NCBI GenBank assembly: GCA_029567505.1 | Contig: JAKPXO010000221.1 | Coordinates: 8,166-72,165 of the forward strand | Direction of reading: 5' to 3' | Length of the DNA: 64,000 nucleotides | Source: Acidobacteriota bacterium | GTDB taxonomy: Bacteria > Acidobacteriota > Thermoanaerobaculia > UBA5066 | In this document: positions 59,253-64,000 of the stretch, piece by piece | Layout of the letters: the number at the start of each line of letters is the position of its first letter | Position numbering within the stretch: the stretch's first letter is position 1 | Notes under the pieces: model-generated | The model's input: the letters and a program-made list of their open reading frames with translations, nothing else | What the model was told of the DNA's origin: nothing | The model's database searches: none | Translations under genes and position numbers: made by a program

Positions 59253-60340
59253 GGAGAGTCGGGTCCGCCGGTCGCGGCGCAAGGGCTCGGGAAGAGGCGG
59301 CTTCCGGCCGAGCAGGCCGCGAGTCCGAGGGCGATTCCGGCCCAGCTGTCGACGAGGTAGTGGTAGCCGGTGACGACCGAGCCGACGAGCATGAGGACGA
59401 CGAGGACGAGGTTCGCGAGGAACCAGCGTCCCGAGACCCATCGGCTCGCCACCGTGAAGACCGTGACGACGGCGAGGTGCAGGCTCGGGAAGGCCGCGAC
59501 GGATCCGAAGCGGACGATCCGCGGCGCGAGAGGCTGCTTCACGAGGGAGGAGATCTCGCCGAAGAGAACCTCCTGCACCGACACGGTCGCGGGCATGTGC
59601 CGAAGCACGCCAGAGAAGAGATCCGAGACGACGAAGACGGGCCCCCACGACGGCAACGCGAGGTAGAGGACGCTGCCCGCCATCCAGATGAACGTGTACG
59701 CCGCCAGGAACGCCATCCGCCGACTCGGCTGCGGGACGACGAGGAGAACGGGGACCGAGACGACGATCAGGAAGAAGTAAGCGCCCGAATAGACGACGTC
59801 GAGGAAGCGGAGGAACCCCCCATCCGCGAACGCGACCGTCAGGAAGAGAGTCGGGCTGAGTCCGAAGTGGACGATCCGGTCCAGCTCCCAGAGCTGCGCG
59901 TCCCACGTCCTCGGGTTCACGAGCCAGATGAAGCTCTTGAGCAGGAAGTGGACGGAGAGGACCGGAGCGAGGACGAGTGCGGCCCGGACGAGGATGAGCG
60001 CCTCCGTGGCGAATGCAACCGGCCGCGACCGGCCCCGGAGCCTCCGTGCGACCTCACGGCCCGCCAGGAGGACGGCCGTGAACCCTGCGATCCAGGCAAT
60101 CGGAAACGAGGCGGCCAGGAGCAGCGCCTCGCGCGGGTAGGTCACGGGGAGGCGCTCGAGGATGAAGATGCCCGCGGCGATGTAGACGGCCGCTGCGACC
60201 TCGTGCGGGAAGGGCCTCCAGGACCGGAGGCGCCGCTCGAGGCTGGCCGGGCCTTCGTCGCCGTGGCCCCCGGCCGAAGCCGCGGGCGAAGCCGTCACCT
60301 TCTCCAGACCGGGCACACTTCCCTCTGTGGCGAGTATCAC
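59240..60340 (-). CDS. PAP2-superfamily-like integral membrane protein (six to eight TM)
   Basis: 366 aa; PSLH (like PSGH) and GYHYLVDSWAG (like SRxxxxxHxxxD) suggest a PAP2 / IPC-synthase-like acid phosphatase fold. 13-nt convergent overlap with the ATP-grasp gene. Confidence 0.45.
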   Translation of the reverse strand: MILATEGSVPGLEKVTASPAASAGGHGDEGPASLERRLRSWRPFPHEVAAAVYIAAGIFILERLPVTYPREALLLAASFPIAWIAGFTAVLLAGREVARRLRGRSRPVAFATEALILVRAALVLAPVLSVHFLLKSFIWLVNPRTWDAQLWELDRIVHFGLSPTLFLTVAFADGGFLRFLDVVYSGAYFFLIVVSVPVLLVVPQPSRRMAFLAAYTFIWMAGSVLYLALPSWGPVFVVSDLFSGVLRHMPATVSVQEVLFGEISSLVKQPLAPRIVRFGSVAAFPSLHLAVVTVFTVASRWVSGRWFLANLVLVVLMLVGSVVTGYHYLVDSWAGIALGLAACSAGSRLFPSPCAATGGPDSPQRP

Positions 60341-60373
60341 ACGCCATCTGGAAGCTCACGTCGCAGGCCCGCC

Positions 60374-63300
60374 TCACGCCGCGGCGGCGGCCTCCCCGCC
60401 GGGCGCCCCCGGCCCAGGCAGCTCCCGCTTCTTCCAGAGCAGGTAGACGGCCGGGTAGACGAGGAGCTCGAGGGCGAACGACGTGACGAGGCCGCCCACC
60501 ATCGGCGCGGCGATCCTCTTCATCATGTCGGCCCCGACCCCCGTCGACCACATGATCGGCAGGAGGCCGAAGAACGCCGAGAGGACCGTCATCGCCTTCG
60601 GACGGATCCGCTTCACGGCGCCGTGGACGATCGCCTCGACGAGGTCCGGGAGGTCCCGCAGGAGCCCCTTCTTCTTCGCCTCGTCGTGCGCGAGGTCGAG
60701 GAAGAGGAGCATGAAGATCCCCGTCTCGGCGTCGAGACCCATGAGGGCGATCATCCCGACCCAGACCGCGATCGACATGTTGTAGTCGAGGAGCCAGAGG
60801 TACCAGACCGCGCCGACGACGGAGAACGGCACGGCCAGGACGATGATGAGCGTCTTCGTCACCGACGTCGTGTTCGCGTACATGAGGAGGAAGATCAGGA
60901 CGAGGGTGACCGGGATGACGACCTGGAGCCGTTCCCGCACCCGCACCATGTTCTCCCACTGGCCGCTCCAGACGAGGGAGTACCCGGTGGGGACGCTCAC
61001 CCGCCCCGCGACGGCAGCCTTCGCCTTCTCGACGAATCGGCCGACGTCCTCCTTCGACGTGTCGAAGTCGACGTAGACGTAGCCCGAGAGGAGCCCGTTC
61101 TCGTTGCGGATCATCGACGGCCCCGTCACGAGGCGGATGTCGGCGAGCTGCCCGAGCGGCACCTGGGCGCCCGACATCGTCGGGACGAGGACGCGCGAGA
61201 GGCTCGAGAGGTCCTCGCGCAGCTCGCGCGGGTAGCGGACGTTGACGCTGTAGCGTGCCCGCCCTTCGACGGTCGTCGTCGCGGTCTCGCCGCCGATCGC
61301 GGTCATGACCGCCATGTTCGCGTCGGCGGCGGTGAGGCCGTAGCGGGCGAGCGCGTCACGCTTCAGGTCGAAGTCGACGAAGTAGCCTCCCGCGACCCTC
61401 TCGGCGAAGGCCGAGCGCGTCGCCGGGAGCGTCCTCACCGCCGCCTCGACCTCGGCCCCGATCCGCTCGATCTCGGCGAGGTCCGAGCCGAAGACCTTCA
61501 CGCCGATCGGCGTCCGGATGCCGGTCGTCAGCATGTCGATCCGCCCCTTGATCGGCATCGTCCAGGCGTTCGTCGAGCCGGGGATCCTGAGGGCGCGATC
61601 CATCTCGCCGATCAGATCCTCGTACGTGATCCGGTCGCGCCAGACGTGCCGGAGGACCGCCGATAGCCACTCCGGCGCCCACGGAGAGAACCACCGCTCC
61701 TTCGGCCGCCACTCCTTCTCCGGCTTCAGGATGACCGTCGTCTCCATCATCGAGAGGGGCGCCGGGTCGGTCGACGTCTCCGCGCGCCCCGCCTTGCCGA
61801 AGACCCGTTCCACCTCGGGGAACGTCGACAGGACCCGGTCCTGCGTCTGGAGGAGCTTCGCGGCCTCGGTGACCGAGATGCCGGGGAGCGTCGTCGGCAT
61901 GTAGAGGATCGTCCCCTCGTGGAGCGGCGGCATGAACTCCGACCCGAGCGAGAGGTAGACCGGCACGGTCGAGACGAGGACGAGGAGCGAGATTGCGACG
62001 ACCTTCTTCGGGTGCCGGAGGACGGCCCGGCAGACGGGGTCGTAGAGCCGGAAGAGGACCTTCGAGACGGGATGCCTCTCCTCGGCGTGGTACGTCCCGA
62101 CGGCGACGGCGTTGACGGCCTTCTCGACGAGGCGGGCGGGAAGGCGGACGAGCCGCGCGAGCGCGCCGCGCCCGTCGTGCGCGAAGCCGAACCGGAACGG
62201 GTCCATCCGCGCGAAAAGCATCCGCATCGCCGGGTCGAGCGTGATCGCGAGGACGGCCGCGAGCGCCATCGCGAAGTTCTTCGACCAGGCCAGAGGCGTG
62301 AAGAGGCGCCCCTCCTGGTCGACGAGCGTGAAGATCGGCAGGAACGAGACGGCGATGACGAGGAGGGAGAAGAAAACCGACGGGCCGACCTCCATCAGCG
62401 CCTCGAGGCGGACGGCGTGGAAGTCCCCCTTCCGCCCCGAGTCGTTCCAGATCTGGAGCTTCTTGTAGGCGTTCTCCACCTCGACGATCGCGCCGTCGAC
62501 GAGGACGCCGATCGAGATCGCGATGCCGCCGAGCGACATGATGTTGACGGTGATCCCCATCAGGTGGAGCGGGATGAACGCGAGGAGGACCGAGACCGGG
62601 ATCGTCAGGATGGGGACGAGCGCGCTCGGGACGTGCCAGAGGAAGATGAGGATGACGATCGAGACGATGACGATCTCCTCGACCAGCTTCCCCTTCAGGT
62701 TGTCGATCGCCGACTCGATGAGCGTCGAGCGGTCGTAGGTGGTCACGAGCTCCACCCCGGGCGGGAGGGACGGCCGGAGCTCGTCGATCCGCTCCTTCAC
62801 CCGCTCGATGACGTGGAGGGCGTTCTCGCCCGAGCGCATGACGACGATGCCTCCGACGGTCTCCCCCTTCCCGTCCAGCTCGGCGAGCCCGCGACGCAGG
62901 TCGGGCCCGAGCGCGACGCTGCCGAGGTCCTTGATCGTCACCGGCGTGCCGCGCTCGTCGGTCTTCACGACGACCTTCTCGATGTCGGCGCTCCCCTTCA
63001 GGTACCCGCGGCCCCGCACCATGTGCTCGCGGCCGGAGATCTCGATGAGCCGCCCGCCGACCTCGTCGTTGCTCCTGCGCAGGGCGTCCGACACGGCCTC
63101 GAGCGAGATGCCGTACGCCGCGAGCCGGTTCGGGTCGACGGTGACCTGGTACTGCCGCGCCATCCCGCCAACGGTCGCGACCTCGGCGACGCCCGGCACC
63201 GACTGGAGCTGGTAGCGAAGGAACCAGTCCTGGTAGGAGCGGAGCTCGTCGAGGGAGGTCTTCCCCGCCTCGTCGACGAGGGCGTACTGGTAGACCCACC

Positions 63301-63706
63301 CGACGCCCGTCGCGTCGGGGCCGATCTCGGTCTTCACGCCCTGCGGCAGGCTCCCTTGGATCTTGGAGAGGTACTCGAGGACGCGCGAGCGCGCCCAGTA
63401 GAGGTCCGTCCCGTCCTCGAAGATGACGTAGACGAACGAGTAGCCGAAGTCGGAGAAGCCGCGGATCGTCTTCACCTTCGGCGCGCCGAGGAGGGCGGTG
63501 ACGATCGGGTAGGTGACCTGGTCCTCGAGGATGTCGGGGCTCCGGTCCCACTTCGAGAGGACGATGACCTGCGTGTCGGAGAGGTCGGGGATCGCGTCGA
63601 GCGGGACGTTGCGGAGGGAGCGGAACGCGAGGAGGACCGCGACCGCCCAGAGCGCGAGGACGAGGTACTTGTTCTCCGCCGAGAAGCGGATGATCTTCCG
63701 GATCAT
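60374..63706 (-). CDS. cusA: heavy-metal efflux RND pump (CusA/CzcA, HME family)
   Basis: 1110 aa; 12 TM, two large periplasmic loops, HME-type methionine-containing porter domain. Confidence 0.9.
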   Translation of the reverse strand: MIRKIIRFSAENKYLVLALWAVAVLLAFRSLRNVPLDAIPDLSDTQVIVLSKWDRSPDILEDQVTYPIVTALLGAPKVKTIRGFSDFGYSFVYVIFEDGTDLYWARSRVLEYLSKIQGSLPQGVKTEIGPDATGVGWVYQYALVDEAGKTSLDELRSYQDWFLRYQLQSVPGVAEVATVGGMARQYQVTVDPNRLAAYGISLEAVSDALRRSNDEVGGRLIEISGREHMVRGRGYLKGSADIEKVVVKTDERGTPVTIKDLGSVALGPDLRRGLAELDGKGETVGGIVVMRSGENALHVIERVKERIDELRPSLPPGVELVTTYDRSTLIESAIDNLKGKLVEEIVIVSIVILIFLWHVPSALVPILTIPVSVLLAFIPLHLMGITVNIMSLGGIAISIGVLVDGAIVEVENAYKKLQIWNDSGRKGDFHAVRLEALMEVGPSVFFSLLVIAVSFLPIFTLVDQEGRLFTPLAWSKNFAMALAAVLAITLDPAMRMLFARMDPFRFGFAHDGRGALARLVRLPARLVEKAVNAVAVGTYHAEERHPVSKVLFRLYDPVCRAVLRHPKKVVAISLLVLVSTVPVYLSLGSEFMPPLHEGTILYMPTTLPGISVTEAAKLLQTQDRVLSTFPEVERVFGKAGRAETSTDPAPLSMMETTVILKPEKEWRPKERWFSPWAPEWLSAVLRHVWRDRITYEDLIGEMDRALRIPGSTNAWTMPIKGRIDMLTTGIRTPIGVKVFGSDLAEIERIGAEVEAAVRTLPATRSAFAERVAGGYFVDFDLKRDALARYGLTAADANMAVMTAIGGETATTTVEGRARYSVNVRYPRELREDLSSLSRVLVPTMSGAQVPLGQLADIRLVTGPSMIRNENGLLSGYVYVDFDTSKEDVGRFVEKAKAAVAGRVSVPTGYSLVWSGQWENMVRVRERLQVVIPVTLVLIFLLMYANTTSVTKTLIIVLAVPFSVVGAVWYLWLLDYNMSIAVWVGMIALMGLDAETGIFMLLFLDLAHDEAKKKGLLRDLPDLVEAIVHGAVKRIRPKAMTVLSAFFGLLPIMWSTGVGADMMKRIAAPMVGGLVTSFALELLVYPAVYLLWKKRELPGPGAPGGEAAAAA

Positions 63707-63716
63707 GGCCGGCCCC

Positions 63717-64000
63717 TCAGTGGTCGTGGCCCGTGCCGGGTGACGACGGGGAGGGCGACGGCGCGGGAGCGTGGCCCTCGTGCCCCGCGGCCGGCGTCGC
63801 GCCGTCCCTCATCCCGGCGAGGGCCGCGGCGAGGCGCGACTCGGAGTCGACGAGGAAGTTCGCCCCGAGGGCGATCTCCTCCCCTTCCTCGAGCCCGGAG
63901 AGGACCTCCCACGCTCCGCCCCCCTTCTCGCCGACCTTCACCTCCCGGGGCTCGAGGACTCCCTCCCCCTTCGCGACGAAGACGACCTTCCGCGTCCCGC
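63717..64000 (-). CDS. cusB: RND efflux periplasmic adaptor (CusB/CzcB-like), C-terminal part only, with His-rich tail; gene continues past window end
   Basis: C-terminal beta-barrel segment (WEVLSGLEEGEEIALGANFLVDSE) followed by HEGHAPAPSPSPSSPGTGHDH; 10-nt gap to cusA. Confidence 0.6.
   Translation of the reverse strand, partial: GTRKVVFVAKGEGVLEPREVKVGEKGGGAWEVLSGLEEGEEIALGANFLVDSESRLAAALAGMRDGATPAAGHEGHAPAPSPSPSSPGTGHDH

Noticed and set aside
61356-63551. 731-aa minus ORF inside cusA in another frame.
   Set aside because: It has an Arg/Gly/Asp-rich composition. The cusA frame (60374-63706) has full RND homology.

Overview
This 64 kb window has about 71% GC, is densely coding, and reads as core chromosome with a few accessory-looking loci. 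No rRNA, tRNA, CRISPR array, transposase or integrase is visible. The likely source is a high-GC Acidobacteriota-like bacterium (inferred from a VWFA-related protein next to a GWxTD-domain protein).

Main content, left to right:
- A dispersed heme-biosynthesis supercluster: ccsA/hemX-like gene, hemA, hemE, hemN, hemH and hemY (the classical protoporphyrin route). Interleaved with it are purE-purK, murF and an unusual EAL-CBS-CBS-GGDEF(degenerate) c-di-GMP protein.
- Secreted enzymes and housekeeping genes: M1 aminopeptidase, TPR/esterase-fold protein, aldehyde dehydrogenase, DEAD-box helicase, an alpha/beta-hydrolase with an Asp nucleophile, and rho.
- An orphan AmmeMemoRadiSam radical-SAM gene, divergent from an 883-aa secreted protein with Vgb-lyase-like repeats.
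- 5'-nucleotidase, nth, tdk, a B12-domain-less methylmalonyl-CoA-mutase-family catalytic subunit, and a DUF4388-HDOD protein.
- VWFA, GWxTD and transglutaminase-TPR exported proteins, then argS and a GNAT acetyltransferase.
- An ECF sigma / anti-sigma / sensorless MCP / CheW operon.
- A roughly 13 kb minus-strand energy block: an NDUFAF7/MidA-like methyltransferase, then nuoABCD-HIJKLMN (no nuoEFG), then atpZ-atpI-atpB-atpE (the c subunit has a Na+-type signature and an N-terminal extension).
- An archease-like gene, two tandem GspG-like pseudopilin paralogs, a PGM1-like ATP-grasp ligase, a PAP2-like membrane protein, and cusA plus partial cusB.

Many long ORFs in the six-frame track are high-GC artefacts lying antisense to real genes, and I discarded them. 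I saw no single obvious, complete novel system. The most interesting items are the NDUFAF7-nuo-atp block, the sigma-controlled chemoreceptor pair, the EAL-CBS-GGDEF gene, the orphan AmmeMemoRadiSam enzyme, the pseudopilin/ATP-grasp/PAP2 locus, and an AT-richer 355 bp convergent intergenic region.
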